Virus record (IMG/VR): IMGVR_UViG_3300033153_008490
Location: 1-52,468 of that record
Source of the DNA: a virus
Lineage: Duplodnaviria; Caudoviricetes
Length of the DNA: 52,468 bases
Direction: 5' to 3' (one strand)
Made by a program: the position numbers and the translations under genes. A model generated the notes under the pieces. It ran no database searches, was not told where the DNA came from, and saw nothing but the letters and a program-made list of their open reading frames with translations. Below are positions 8,159 to 18,226 of the stretch, in pieces. Within the stretch, counting starts at the first letter, position 1; the number at the start of each line of letters is the position of its first letter.

Positions 8159-8614
8159 ATGAACCGACGTGAATTTGCTAAGTTGGCCACGATAGCGGGT
8201 ATGGCATTAAAAGGGCGCGCAGCACAAGGAAAACCGGCTGACTGCCAGATTGATAAGACGAGGATAGAGGCGAAGCCGATTTACCAGCGGCTATTTAGGG
8301 TTGGGTCGCACATCGTAGTGGTCACACCGATCTTTATCAACTGTATCGGCAGGTTTGGCGAGTTGGTAGAAATGCAAGCAAGTCGGTGTAAGCCAAGCCC
8401 TGTGAGTCGGCATAGTTATGCGTCGCCATTTAGAGAAGCCGATTTGGGTAAGTTGGTGGGCCGGGCACGAAGTGATAGGCTATTGTATATTTACCACCCA
8501 ACGATTGGGATGTGCAAAGTTTCAATTCAGTCGGATAGTGTGGTGGTGACGATAGAAGCCACGAAAGCTGGGCAGAAGCACAGAAACCGAATATCCAAGA
8601 TGGTGGGAGAGTAA
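8159..8614 (+). CDS. Hypothetical protein with twin-arginine-like N-terminus
   Basis: MNRREFAKLATIAGMAL with AGGAGAG RBS. Confidence 0.55.
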   Translation: MNRREFAKLATIAGMALKGRAAQGKPADCQIDKTRIEAKPIYQRLFRVGSHIVVVTPIFINCIGRFGELVEMQASRCKPSPVSRHSYASPFREADLGKLVGRARSDRLLYIYHPTIGMCKVSIQSDSVVVTIEATKAGQKHRNRISKMVGE

Positions 8615-8617
8615 CCA

Positions 8618-8836
8618 ATGTGGGTAGCAATCCTATCACTAGGACTCATGTTGTCCTGTTTAGCCACCGGGGTAGCGATTATATGGGCTATGTGGCGCGT
8701 AGGCAATTGGATAGAGGGTAAGACGAAGTTGGACTATTATCAATCTTTGGTGGTAAGTGGGATTATGTTGGTGTGCCTTGAGTTGTATTTGGGCATAGTC
8801 ACGTTGTGTATGATACGTCGCAGTATAGGAGAGTAA
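8618..8836 (+). CDS. Small two-TM membrane protein
   Basis: Two hydrophobic segments with GGAGAG RBS. Confidence 0.55.
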   Translation: MWVAILSLGLMLSCLATGVAIIWAMWRVGNWIEGKTKLDYYQSLVVSGIMLVCLELYLGIVTLCMIRRSIGE

Positions 8837-8989
8837 TGATGATTCCCAATAAAATACAGCAGAGGGTGTTGGACGTTTCCGAAGAACAGCCTGTATGTGC
8901 GAAGGACAACGGTGTGGAGACACACAAGCTGATATGTCAAGTACTGGAAGACGCTGGTTTCCAGGATCGCATGGCAGACTTAATGATGT

Positions 8990-9379
8990 ATGGAGAGTAT
9001 TATGATTGACCAAATCGTAGCATTCAAGACGAGTAATGGGAAGTGCTTTGAAGATAAGGTGAGCGCGTATCAGGAAGAAATAGTGGCGATGTATCAGTTG
9101 TTGCCGAAAGTGGGTAAGCGGGGGTTTTCACTCGTCGAGATGGCAGGGCTCACGAGCGAGGTATCACAATGGAAAGATAGGGCTCGGGCGGTATTGCATC
9201 GGATGAATGAGGAAGTGGAGACGGATGATTGGTGTAATGGGTTGCGGAAGTCGTTTGGGCTCTTGGTGGGCGAGCTTGATACTTGGATCGAAGATGTGTG
9301 CAAATTTCAAGCGCAGATGAGGGGCGAAGTCGATCCCGATGCGAAGAAGGATATTGCCCATCGTAAGCAGGCGGTGTAG
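8990..9379 (+). CDS. Hypothetical protein
   Basis: 129-aa ORF containing AFKTSNGKCFED. Confidence 0.55.
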   Translation: MESIMIDQIVAFKTSNGKCFEDKVSAYQEEIVAMYQLLPKVGKRGFSLVEMAGLTSEVSQWKDRARAVLHRMNEEVETDDWCNGLRKSFGLLVGELDTWIEDVCKFQAQMRGEVDPDAKKDIAHRKQAV

Positions 9380-9467
9380 GTGGGTGACGGGTGGATATGT
9401 ATGACTATCAGGGGAGCTTATAACGATATGAGAGTAGCTAATAATATGAGCAGATTGGAGCTTGGCG

Positions 9468-10283
9468 ATGGTTTCGAGAGCTAAAATTCCCCCTAGTCAA
9501 ATTGAGAAGCATGGTTTCAAACAAAGGGGTACGTTGCGGACGGGTATACCGCTGGACAAGGGACGTGTTTCGGATGCGTTTCGAGTGTTCAATGGGCCGG
9601 TGCGGATTATCTCTATGTTTATGGAGATAACGGAGGCGGTGCCGGCGGGGACGTGTAATATGTCCTGGGTGTTTAGGAGCGACGCCGGGGGGTATCGCGT
9701 TATCGGGGATACGGTGGATATTGCTCCAAGTGCCCTGGGCGACTTCTATGTAGCCGAGTTGGACGGTACGAATATCGTACAGGTGACCACTGGGACGGGG
9801 GCGATACACGGGTATTGGTATGAGGCGGCGACGGCGAATGGGACGATAGTGACACAGGGGGGGATCGATATCTCCTTCTCCGATTCGGCGATGTCAGCGG
9901 GGGAAGCAACGCTCTATGTGTATTATCAGCCGATTGTCAACAATGCGTGTATCGTAGCGGAAGATTGGCAGACAACGAGTACGACGTCGAGTAGTACAAC
10001 TAGCACAACGAGTTCGAGTAGTTCGACGGCGAGTACGACATCGAGTACGAGTAGTACAGCGAGCACAAGTTCGACGGCAAGTACTACAAGTAGTACAAGT
10101 TCGACAGCGAGTACGAGTAGTACCAGTAGTAGTACCAGTAGCACATCAAGCACGAGTAGTACTTCAAGCAGTACGAGTAGTACAAGCAGCACATCAAGCA
10201 CGAGTAGTACGAGTAGCTCTACGAGTAGTACGGCGAGCACGACAAGTACAACTACGACGTTTGCACCCCATCCTGGACCGTAG
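9468..10283 (+). CDS. Putative virion decoration protein with C-terminal mucin-like Ser/Thr tract
   Basis: Beta-rich N-terminal domain, then 96 residues of only S/T/A (9972-10259). Confidence 0.8.
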   Translation: MVSRAKIPPSQIEKHGFKQRGTLRTGIPLDKGRVSDAFRVFNGPVRIISMFMEITEAVPAGTCNMSWVFRSDAGGYRVIGDTVDIAPSALGDFYVAELDGTNIVQVTTGTGAIHGYWYEAATANGTIVTQGGIDISFSDSAMSAGEATLYVYYQPIVNNACIVAEDWQTTSTTSSSTTSTTSSSSSTASTTSSTSSTASTSSTASTTSSTSSTASTSSTSSSTSSTSSTSSTSSSTSSTSSTSSTSSTSSSTSSTASTTSTTTTFAPHPGP

Positions 10284-10498
10284 TGACAAATAAAAGTAAA
10301 GGATTGAAGACGATGAGTGAGGCAAAAGTGGCAAAGATAGTTTTGGGCATAGACGGGCAGAAGATAGAGTTGTCTCCAGAGCAGGCTAAAGAGCTGCGCA
10401 GTAGTTGTATAAGAGGTGGAGTGGGAGAGCCAGCACCACTGAGAGGCACCACCGCCGATGCCGTGGTGTACGATGAGATGGATCTTATGGGTGAATGA
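10283..10498 (+). CDS. Small protein ending in a terminase Walker-B-like segment
   Basis: C-terminus LRGTTADAVVYDEMDLM. Confidence 0.5.
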   Translation: MTNKSKGLKTMSEAKVAKIVLGIDGQKIELSPEQAKELRSSCIRGGVGEPAPLRGTTADAVVYDEMDLMGE

Positions 10499-10543
10499 CA
10501 ACATTAGAGATTGCCAAATTACGTGTAAAGCTGGCTAACACCA

Positions 10544-12199
10544 ATGACTGACATGACCCTAGCTAAGAAAATGGCTATAATCGATCCGGCGAGTTGGGCC
10601 GACGTGAACAGTATCCAACTGCAAAAGGGGGTATGGTCGTTTAAGGATCGGGCGTATCTGATCGAGCCGATGCAGGCGCATTTGAGAGAAGCGCCTAGAC
10701 GGCGGTGCTTTATGAAGGCGACGCAGATGGGATTTTCAGAGTTGCACATTCTGAAGATTCTCTGGGGGTTGATTCACAAGTATTACCCAGCAGGTGTACT
10801 CTACTTGTTCCCCACGAAGAACGACGTGGGCGAGTTTAGTAAAGCACGGTTTGGTCCGTTGATTCGGGCGAATCCGACAGCGATAGGCCAGTATGTGAAG
10901 GATGTTGCGAGTAAGACGGACACGGTTAGTTTGAAGAAAGTGGGAGATGCGTTTCTATATTTGCGGGGTGGCAGCCTTACCAAGCACATGGAAGCGGGGG
11001 TGCAAGAGAGTGCGGCGTTGAGAGGAATTACCGTGGACGGAGTCGTCTATGATGAGCTGGATCTGATGGACGAGGATGTGATTCCGAAGGCAGAAGGTCG
11101 AATGGGCGATAGTGAGATAGCGGAGCAGTCGTTCATCTCGAATCCCGTGCTGCCAGATAAGGGGATCGCATCACTCTATGACCAAAGCGATCAGCGACAT
11201 TGGTTTAGGACGTGTTTGAAATGTGGGTATAAGACGTGTGCAGAGTTGGAGTTTCCAGATCTGATCGGGCAGAAGAACGGGAAGGGCTATGTCGCGTGTA
11301 AGAAGTGTGGGAAGCCGACGGATCCAAGATATGGATCGTGGGTGCCAGCGGTTAGGGATAACTCAGATTACATGTGGGGGTATCAATTAAGTCAGTTGAC
11401 GAGCGTGAATCGTGACCCGTATCAGATATTGGAAGAGTATACGAATCCGCCCGACGGCAATCTGGGGGATATTGTTAGGCTGAAGTTGGGTTTGCCCTAT
11501 GTCAGTAGCGAGGATAAACTCACGAGCGGACAAGTCCTGAGTTGTTGTGGGTCAGAGGTTATGCGGAATGGACATCCAGGGCCGTGCGCAATGGGCGTAG
11601 ACGTGAAGAGGCACAAGAATGTGGTGATTGGTATTCGTGTGGGGGAAGATCGGTATCAAGTGCTAAGGGTTGCACGGATCGGCACGGGGATAGAGGCGTG
11701 GACTGATATATTGCAGATGGCCAAGCGGTTCAATGTCAGAAGTGCGGTAGTGGATATTAGACCCTACGAGGATGCGGCGAGGCAGTTTCAAAAGCAAGCA
11801 CCGTTTAAGACATGGTTGTGTCAGTATTCGGAGAGTACTCCTATGGGGACACAATACAATAGCAGGAGTGGAATTGTGACTGTGAATCGGACGGAGATAT
11901 TGGATGCGACGCATCGGTTGATATCGAATGAGCGGCAGTTGGAGTTACCGGCGAGTTGTCCCGAGGTGAAGCAGTTTGCGTTGGAGTGTTCTAGTATTGC
12001 AAAGGTGGCGGAGGTTAATAAGAAGACGGGGCAGTCGGTCTTTCGGTATCATAAACTTAGTACAAATCCTGATGACTATCGGCATGCGCTCAACTACTTC
12101 TATCTGGCGGCTAGTGGGGGGCGTGTGGCTACGGTAGGTGGGAGTGGGAGACGAACGAGTCGGCCGAGGTTTGCTAAGAATGAGTACGCGCGGTGTTAA
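10544..12199 (+). CDS. terL: Terminase large subunit, lambda gpA-like
   Basis: Walker A KATQMGFSE, Walker B VVYDELD, ISNP coupling motif, CxxC Zn motifs, MGVD nuclease motif and DDYRHALNY. Confidence 0.9.
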   Translation: MTDMTLAKKMAIIDPASWADVNSIQLQKGVWSFKDRAYLIEPMQAHLREAPRRRCFMKATQMGFSELHILKILWGLIHKYYPAGVLYLFPTKNDVGEFSKARFGPLIRANPTAIGQYVKDVASKTDTVSLKKVGDAFLYLRGGSLTKHMEAGVQESAALRGITVDGVVYDELDLMDEDVIPKAEGRMGDSEIAEQSFISNPVLPDKGIASLYDQSDQRHWFRTCLKCGYKTCAELEFPDLIGQKNGKGYVACKKCGKPTDPRYGSWVPAVRDNSDYMWGYQLSQLTSVNRDPYQILEEYTNPPDGNLGDIVRLKLGLPYVSSEDKLTSGQVLSCCGSEVMRNGHPGPCAMGVDVKRHKNVVIGIRVGEDRYQVLRVARIGTGIEAWTDILQMAKRFNVRSAVVDIRPYEDAARQFQKQAPFKTWLCQYSESTPMGTQYNSRSGIVTVNRTEILDATHRLISNERQLELPASCPEVKQFALECSSIAKVAEVNKKTGQSVFRYHKLSTNPDDYRHALNYFYLAASGGRVATVGGSGRRTSRPRFAKNEYARC

Positions 12200-12429
12200 A
12201 GAGGGGAGTCGTGATGGCTAATCTGACGAAGAAGCAGCGGGAGGGGCAAGAGAAGATCAAGGCGAAGATCCGGGAGGCACATGCGCGGGGCAAGTGCGAT
12301 AAGGATGGGAATCCAATAGAGAAGCGTGTGTATGGTGTGGGGCATTTGAATTGGGCACCCGTCACGTGGGGGGAGCAGCGGTTGAACATATGGCCGCGCG
12401 ATGCGGATGGGAATCTAATCGATGACTGA
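12193..12429 (+). CDS. Hypothetical protein
   Basis: 78-aa ORF following terL. Confidence 0.5.
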   Translation: MLKRGVVMANLTKKQREGQEKIKAKIREAHARGKCDKDGNPIEKRVYGVGHLNWAPVTWGEQRLNIWPRDADGNLIDD

Positions 12430-12522
12430 GCCCACAAAAAGCATTGAAGAGATTATACAGGAAATAGAAAGACTCGACGGCATGAAGAGGCAGTGTGATA
12501 AAGCTATCATGTTTTCGTTGCT

Positions 12523-13020
12523 TTGTCTGGGCGCTATTGCGATACTATTGGTGGTGTGCTTGTGAAGATTAGGACGAGCCAAAATGCGGAGGACGTGCGG
12601 GAGCTGTTCACACGGTGGCGCGATATCTGTTTGGCGGATGAGTTTGGTATTAGCGCAGACGTGGAGGTGGTGATAGCGGACTTGGCGAAGTGGTTGGCAC
12701 ACACGGAGGGTACGATATTACTGGCTGAAGAGGAGGGGAAGGCGATTGGCTTTCTAGCGATCTTCTCCGTGATGAGCAATGTTGGGCATGACAAGTTTGC
12801 CCTGGAGAAGTATTGGTATGCAGAAGAGGGGTATGGGTTGTGTGGGGCGCACTTGTTCGTGGCGGGGAGAGCATGGGCGCGGTCGCATGAGTGTAAGAAG
12901 TTGATGGTGGAGATATCGAGCATGTCGTCGCAGCATTACCAGAATGCGGTCAGGTTTTGCGAGAAGATGGGCATGAAGTTGTTTGAAACTACGTACATGT
13001 GTGATGTGAGTGAGGATTGA
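12523..13020 (+). CDS. GNAT-fold acetyltransferase-like protein
   Basis: ILLAEEEGKAIGFL...EKYWY......G..L......ARSHECKKL...FCEKMGMK. The start is probably GTG 12562. Confidence 0.65.
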   Translation: MSGRYCDTIGGVLVKIRTSQNAEDVRELFTRWRDICLADEFGISADVEVVIADLAKWLAHTEGTILLAEEEGKAIGFLAIFSVMSNVGHDKFALEKYWYAEEGYGLCGAHLFVAGRAWARSHECKKLMVEISSMSSQHYQNAVRFCEKMGMKLFETTYMCDVSED

Positions 13021-13021
13021 T

Positions 13022-13219
13022 ATGGGCAGTGTAATGGATAAGTGGTTTGGAATGGATCCGCCAAAAGAGCCTACTCCTCCCTCTCCACCACCTAAACCGG
13101 AAGTAGAATCGGCAGATGATATTATGAAGAGGATGAAGAAGACGAAGGGGAGAGCCGAAACTATTATTGCCGGTGATCTGGTTCCGATGGATATTGGCAA
13201 ACGTTCCTTATTGGGGTAA
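13022..13219 (+). CDS. Small Pro-rich protein before the portal (T7 gp7.3-like position)
   Basis: PPKEPTPPSPPP...GRAETII...KRSLLG directly upstream of the portal. Confidence 0.6.
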   Translation: MGSVMDKWFGMDPPKEPTPPSPPPKPEVESADDIMKRMKKTKGRAETIIAGDLVPMDIGKRSLLG

Positions 13220-13222
13220 GTT

Positions 13223-14851
13223 ATGGCTGACCAACGAGCCAAAGAGATAGTAGCACTGCGAGACCGTGAGAAATCGCGGCAGCAGAATTTTCGTAACTTG
13301 TGGCAATCGGTTGCCGATTTGATGTTCCCACAAACCTATGGCATTACGACTCAGAGAAGTCCGGGCTGGGAGTTGATGCAGAACCTGTGGGATACGACGG
13401 CGGTGGAAGAGTTGGAGAATATGACGAGCGGCCTCGTGACGAATCTATTTCCAGCAGGTCAGCCCTTCTTCTCCGTAGTGCCGATGGGCGAGATTGATGA
13501 TTATGATGTGAAGCGGTATTTGTCTACTGCCACTGAGAAGACCCATGAGGAGATGTTTAATAGTAATTTTATTGAGCAGTGCTCGAATACGGTGAAGTAC
13601 TGGGCGGGGTTTGGGACAGGAGCGCTCTACTCTGATTGGACGGTAGCGGATGGATTGAGTTACCGAGATTACTCGGTGGGCACGTATCAATGTTTGGAGA
13701 ACAGTCGTGGGCTCATCAATACGATCATCGTGTCGTGCCCCATGACAGCGCGGCAGATCGTTGAGAAGTTTGGTGAGAATAGCGGAGAAGCCGTGTTGAA
13801 GGCAAATGGAGTGCCGGAATCTTGCGAAGACGTGTTTGAGGTTATACATATTGTTAGACCAAGGAAGGAGTATGACGAGAGTGAAGGAGTTCGGCGGGCA
13901 GATCGTATGCCGTTTGAAAGTCTATACGTGCAGGAGAAGGACCAGATTATCTTGGAGGAGGGGGGGTTTGATGAGTTTCCGTTTGTCGTGCCAAGATATG
14001 AAGTGATGTATCGGGAGGTATATGGACGCGGGCGCGGGACGATGATGTTGCCGCAGGTGAGAACGATAAATCGGTTGGCAAAAGATTATCTGGAGATGTC
14101 AAACAAATGGGTCAACTCACCGAAGGAAGTGTTGGAGTCGTTCGATGGGGAGGTGGACGTGACACCGGGGGCGCTCAACTATGTGAGTGAGATGGGATCG
14201 ATAAAGGCGATAGACATGGGTGCTAATGGGATGTACCCAGTGACGAAAGATATATTGGAGTATCATAGAGAGACGATTCGGCAAGGGTTCTTTAAGAATG
14301 CGTTTGAGCCGATTACACCATTGAGTGGGGATAGAAGGAATACGACAGAGATAATCGAGAGGCTCAAAGAAGGTATGAAGCGGTTGAGCAAGCCACTGGG
14401 GCGGCTGTTTACCGAGTTTGTGACGCCGTTGGTGACACGCTCGGCGTTGTTGTTGATTCGGAATGGTGTGATACCGCCGCCGCCGGAAGCGTTGCAGGGC
14501 ACGCCGCTGAAGATTGAATTGATAAATCCGCTCGCGTTGGCACTCCGAGACCAGCAATCGAGGGGCTTGCAAATGTGGGTCACGGCGGGAGCGAATATGG
14601 AGCAGACGTTCCCCGGTATTACCGACAACGTGGATGCGGATAAGGCGTTTCGTGATTTAGGGATATCGTTCGGCGTGAAGACGGATCATATTAGGCCAGT
14701 GAGAGAGAGGGATCAGATGCGAAAAGCGGAAGCTGAGGCGGCGCGGGAGCAGCAAGAAATGGCGGCGCAGATGGCCAACGCACAAACGTATAAAGATACG
14801 GCGAAAGCACCGGATGATGGCAGTCCGGCACAACAGCTGACGGGAGCGTAA
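13223..14851 (+). CDS. Portal (head-to-tail connector), T7 gp8/Bbp21 type
   Basis: 542 aa with WQSVAD..FP, WDTTA, FGTG.LY, GGFDEFPF.VPR, EVYGRG and TTEI.ER motifs. Confidence 0.92.
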   Translation: MADQRAKEIVALRDREKSRQQNFRNLWQSVADLMFPQTYGITTQRSPGWELMQNLWDTTAVEELENMTSGLVTNLFPAGQPFFSVVPMGEIDDYDVKRYLSTATEKTHEEMFNSNFIEQCSNTVKYWAGFGTGALYSDWTVADGLSYRDYSVGTYQCLENSRGLINTIIVSCPMTARQIVEKFGENSGEAVLKANGVPESCEDVFEVIHIVRPRKEYDESEGVRRADRMPFESLYVQEKDQIILEEGGFDEFPFVVPRYEVMYREVYGRGRGTMMLPQVRTINRLAKDYLEMSNKWVNSPKEVLESFDGEVDVTPGALNYVSEMGSIKAIDMGANGMYPVTKDILEYHRETIRQGFFKNAFEPITPLSGDRRNTTEIIERLKEGMKRLSKPLGRLFTEFVTPLVTRSALLLIRNGVIPPPPEALQGTPLKIELINPLALALRDQQSRGLQMWVTAGANMEQTFPGITDNVDADKAFRDLGISFGVKTDHIRPVRERDQMRKAEAEAAREQQEMAAQMANAQTYKDTAKAPDDGSPAQQLTGA

Positions 14852-15081
14852 TGATGAAAAGGGATACGATGCAGCAGGATGAGATTGAAGAACTAGAGAG
14901 TCTTGCGTTGATTGGGCGGCAAGTGTATTTCGTCATGTGTCCGGCGATTAAGGGACAGATCACAGCGGTGCATGTCTTTAGAGCAGGGCGAACCTTCACC
15001 GTAACATGGATTACCGATGAAGGGGCGAGTTCAATGGATGTGGATGGATATCAGATTCGCTTTAGTGAAGAGGCGGTCTAA
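14851..15081 (+). CDS. Hypothetical protein
   Basis: Overlapping TAATG junctions on both sides. Confidence 0.55.
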   Translation: MMKRDTMQQDEIEELESLALIGRQVYFVMCPAIKGQITAVHVFRAGRTFTVTWITDEGASSMDVDGYQIRFSEEAV

Positions 15082-15356
15082 TGCTGCGATGGAATAAGCA
15101 AACGGTTATTGATTATCATGTGACGTTTAACAGCGAGCATGGTAAGCGGGTGTTGAACGACCTCCGAAAACGATGTCCATTCCTGTGTGATACGATCAAT
15201 ACAGCTAATGGGATAGATGTGAATAAGTTGCTGTACTTGGAAGGACAGAGGAGTATGTTGCTGCACGTTTATCGGATGCTGAAGAGGGATCCGAATGAAG
15301 AGGTGCCAACTAAAGCCATTAATAGGAATAAAGTAGGAGAGTCCCAAAATGCCTGA
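15081..15356 (+). CDS. Bbp19-like protein
   Basis: Y..TFNSEHGKRVLNDL..RC...EGQRS motif between portal and scaffold. Confidence 0.75.
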   Translation: MLRWNKQTVIDYHVTFNSEHGKRVLNDLRKRCPFLCDTINTANGIDVNKLLYLEGQRSMLLHVYRMLKRDPNEEVPTKAINRNKVGESQNA

Positions 15357-16305
15357 TGTGATTATTAGTGATCCAGTGAATGCGACACCAACCGTATTGG
15401 CGGATGTACCCACTACGCCGACGACGCCAACGACTCCCATTGAGCCGGTAACACCGACCGTACAAGCGGGTAGTGACGTAGTGATAGACACGCCTAAGCC
15501 GTTGGTGGGCGCGGATGGGAAGTTCAGTGAAAGTTGGCGAGATGGATTCTCGGAAGACGTTAGAGACGCGGCGTGTTGGGAGAATGTGACGGACTTGGAG
15601 AACATGGCCAAGCAGTTCGTCAATCAGAGGTCCGCTATCGGCAAGGATAGCATTGTCATGCCGAAAGAGGGTGCGGAGCCGGAAGAATGGAACACGTTCT
15701 ACAAGGCGATTGGTCGTCCCGATGCGCCCACGGAGTACCAGTGTGATGTGCCCAATGAGCTTAAACCCATCTTCAGTGATGAGCGAGTGGGGAAGGCACG
15801 CGAATTGGCACACAAATTAGGGATCTCAAATGCACAATTCACTGCTTACATGCAGCATGAAATGCAAGAAGCGGCGGTTCTACTGGAAACGAAAGCGACC
15901 GAAGAAGGAAGAGTAAAGCAGGCGGCGGAGCAGGCGTTGCGGACGGAGTATGGAGCGGCGTTCGATGAGCGAATGCACGTAGCGAAGCGGTTGGTTGCTG
16001 AAGCGATTCCCAATGAAGAGGGGCGTATGGCGTTCCTGGAGAAGTTTGGCAATGATACGGATTTTATTCGATTCGCATCCGTGGTAGGAGCGAGGTTGGT
16101 AGAGCATAAGGCTCTCGTTGCGAATCTTACGGAAGACGCACCAGGGGATGCGCTACACCAAATCAAAGAACTACAACGCAAGCCCGGCTACATGAGTGCG
16201 GATAGTACTGAAATGACCAACGATGAACGGGAGGCAATCACGGTAAAGATCCGTGATCTCCATAAGATAGCTTACCCCACGACGCCGAATACGCGTTTGG
16301 GATAG
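15349..16305 (+). CDS. Capsid scaffolding protein
   Basis: P/T-rich N-terminus, FYKAIGRPDAP..Y, AHKLGIS..Q and L..EYG..FD motifs, directly upstream of the MCP. Confidence 0.85.
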   Translation: MPDVIISDPVNATPTVLADVPTTPTTPTTPIEPVTPTVQAGSDVVIDTPKPLVGADGKFSESWRDGFSEDVRDAACWENVTDLENMAKQFVNQRSAIGKDSIVMPKEGAEPEEWNTFYKAIGRPDAPTEYQCDVPNELKPIFSDERVGKARELAHKLGISNAQFTAYMQHEMQEAAVLLETKATEEGRVKQAAEQALRTEYGAAFDERMHVAKRLVAEAIPNEEGRMAFLEKFGNDTDFIRFASVVGARLVEHKALVANLTEDAPGDALHQIKELQRKPGYMSADSTEMTNDEREAITVKIRDLHKIAYPTTPNTRLG

Positions 16306-16461
16306 CCGTGGATAAGCGAATAGGTACACGTCGAATGCTGTCAGAATTCGACAGTATCTTATAAGCCCCATCGCCTATCGGGCGTAAAGCGAAGGCATTG
16401 GACCATAGTGTTTATGATAATCCTGCCGCTCTAATGTAGACACTATTTAGAGGTGTTTATT

Positions 16462-17385
16462 ATGAGCTTACCTAGCACGATTGACGTTGCTTTTACACAA
16501 CAGTATGGCTCTATGCTCTATATGCTTTCGCAGCAGAAAAAGAGCAAGTTTGCTCCTCGTGTACGCAATGAGACGATTAGGGGCGCTAAGGATGGTTATT
16601 TTGATCGTCTTGGCGAAGCCGAAGTGGAAGACATTACCACGCGGCACCCCGATACGCCTCTCAACGAGATACCGAATTCTCGTAGACGGCTCACGATGAC
16701 GGACAGCCATACCAATAGCTTTATTGACCATCAGGATCAGCTAAAGATGCTGATTAACCCGCAGAATCCGTATGCCCAAGCACAGGCAATGGCTTTGGGG
16801 CGCAAGATCGATGACAAGATCATCGCAGCGGCGCTCGGAAGTGCAGCCGCCGGTGTGGATGGGACGACTTCTGTGGACTTCAAAGATGAGTCGATAAGCA
16901 TCAATGGCGATGGTACGGTAACGACTCTTGGTACGCTTGCTGCTGTTAAGACGGTTGCGATTATGAGTTTGGCGAAGATTCTAACCATGAAGCGTTTGTT
17001 CGACGATGAGGATGTTGACGAAGATGCGAAGTTGCATTGGGCTGTCAGTCCGAAGGATGTTCAGGATATGCTGGATATCGAAGAGCTGAGCAGCGCTGAT
17101 TACAACACGGTTAGAACGCTGGCTCAGGGGAATATCGAGACCTTTATGGGTTTTGAGTTCTTCAAGACTACGCGATTGACCGAAGACGCAGTGACCAGTA
17201 CCGCACATCGAACCTTCGCTTGGGTTGCTGATGGGGTTATTTTCGGTTCTGCCGAGGGTATCTACAATCAGATTTCCGAGCGTGAGGACAAGAGTTATAC
17301 CACCCAGGTGTATTCTCGCATGAGCAATGGCGCGGTCCGTATGGACGGCGACAAGATTCACGAATGTCTTAACAAGATCGCTTAA
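16462..17385 (+). CDS. Major capsid protein
   Basis: F..QY......LSQQK.SK, TRH.DTP, SRR, A.ALGRK.DD.II.A, S.DYN....L..G....FMGF.F, G.VR motifs. GAGGTG RBS precedes ATG 16462. Confidence 0.92.
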   Translation: MSLPSTIDVAFTQQYGSMLYMLSQQKKSKFAPRVRNETIRGAKDGYFDRLGEAEVEDITTRHPDTPLNEIPNSRRRLTMTDSHTNSFIDHQDQLKMLINPQNPYAQAQAMALGRKIDDKIIAAALGSAAAGVDGTTSVDFKDESISINGDGTVTTLGTLAAVKTVAIMSLAKILTMKRLFDDEDVDEDAKLHWAVSPKDVQDMLDIEELSSADYNTVRTLAQGNIETFMGFEFFKTTRLTEDAVTSTAHRTFAWVADGVIFGSAEGIYNQISEREDKSYTTQVYSRMSNGAVRMDGDKIHECLNKIA

Positions 17386-17407
17386 CCTCCGTTGAAAGGA
17401 GCACAAA

Positions 17408-18217
17408 ATGGGTACTCCACTTGAGGCTGGTAATTTCCAGCTTGAGGTTCCGAGTTATCCTCGTGTCCTGATTAATGGTGCGCTAGGCGAACCGAAACAG
17501 GGCATTTACGAGACTAGCTCGACGCAAGAGTATGAGCATGGAACGAAGTTGACTTATCCGGATGGGCGGGTTTTCCGCTATGCGGAGAATGGTGCGGTAG
17601 CTCTGACTAAGGGCTTGATGACGACTAGCGAAGCACTGTATTCTCGGGCGACAAATGAGGCGCAGAGCACTTACGGTACGAGCGCTAGTGTGGGCGATGT
17701 CGAAATCGATGTCGATGTAACCACGGGTGGTACTTGGTCAGACAATGCGTATGCTGGCGGCTATGTGGTCGTCAACGACGAGGATGCTGAAGGCGACATC
17801 TACCGGATTTTGGCGACAGAGATCAATTCCAGTGACGACACGCTTCTGCGAGTTCGGCTTGAGACACCGATTCGCACCGCGTGGGCCGCTGCGACTGAGA
17901 TCACATTCGTCAAAGCAGCCTGGAAAGATGTTGTTGTCATGCCGACTACGGCTGAAGGCACTTCGGCGGGTGTACCGCTGGTCACGATTGCAGTTAGCTA
18001 TTTTGGCTGGTTGCAGACGGGTGGCTACTGTCCGATGAAGGTTGATGATGGCGACACGATTGTTAAGGGCGAGCCTGCGGGTAAGCCTGGAACACATGGA
18101 GTCGCTGGTACTGTTGGTTTGGTGGCCAATGATGGAACCGATCTGGTCTATGGCGTAACCGTGTATGCGGCTGCGGCTGGCGAGACGGCCATCGTGGACT
18201 TGAAATTAGACAGTTAA
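17408..18217 (+). CDS. Capsid cement/decoration protein
   Basis: Follows the MCP, with DGRVFRYA.NG and YFGWLQT.G motifs. Confidence 0.7.
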   Translation: MGTPLEAGNFQLEVPSYPRVLINGALGEPKQGIYETSSTQEYEHGTKLTYPDGRVFRYAENGAVALTKGLMTTSEALYSRATNEAQSTYGTSASVGDVEIDVDVTTGGTWSDNAYAGGYVVVNDEDAEGDIYRILATEINSSDDTLLRVRLETPIRTAWAAATEITFVKAAWKDVVVMPTTAEGTSAGVPLVTIAVSYFGWLQTGGYCPMKVDDGDTIVKGEPAGKPGTHGVAGTVGLVANDGTDLVYGVTVYAAAAGETAIVDLKLDS

Positions 18218-18226
18218 CCTCTAGAA

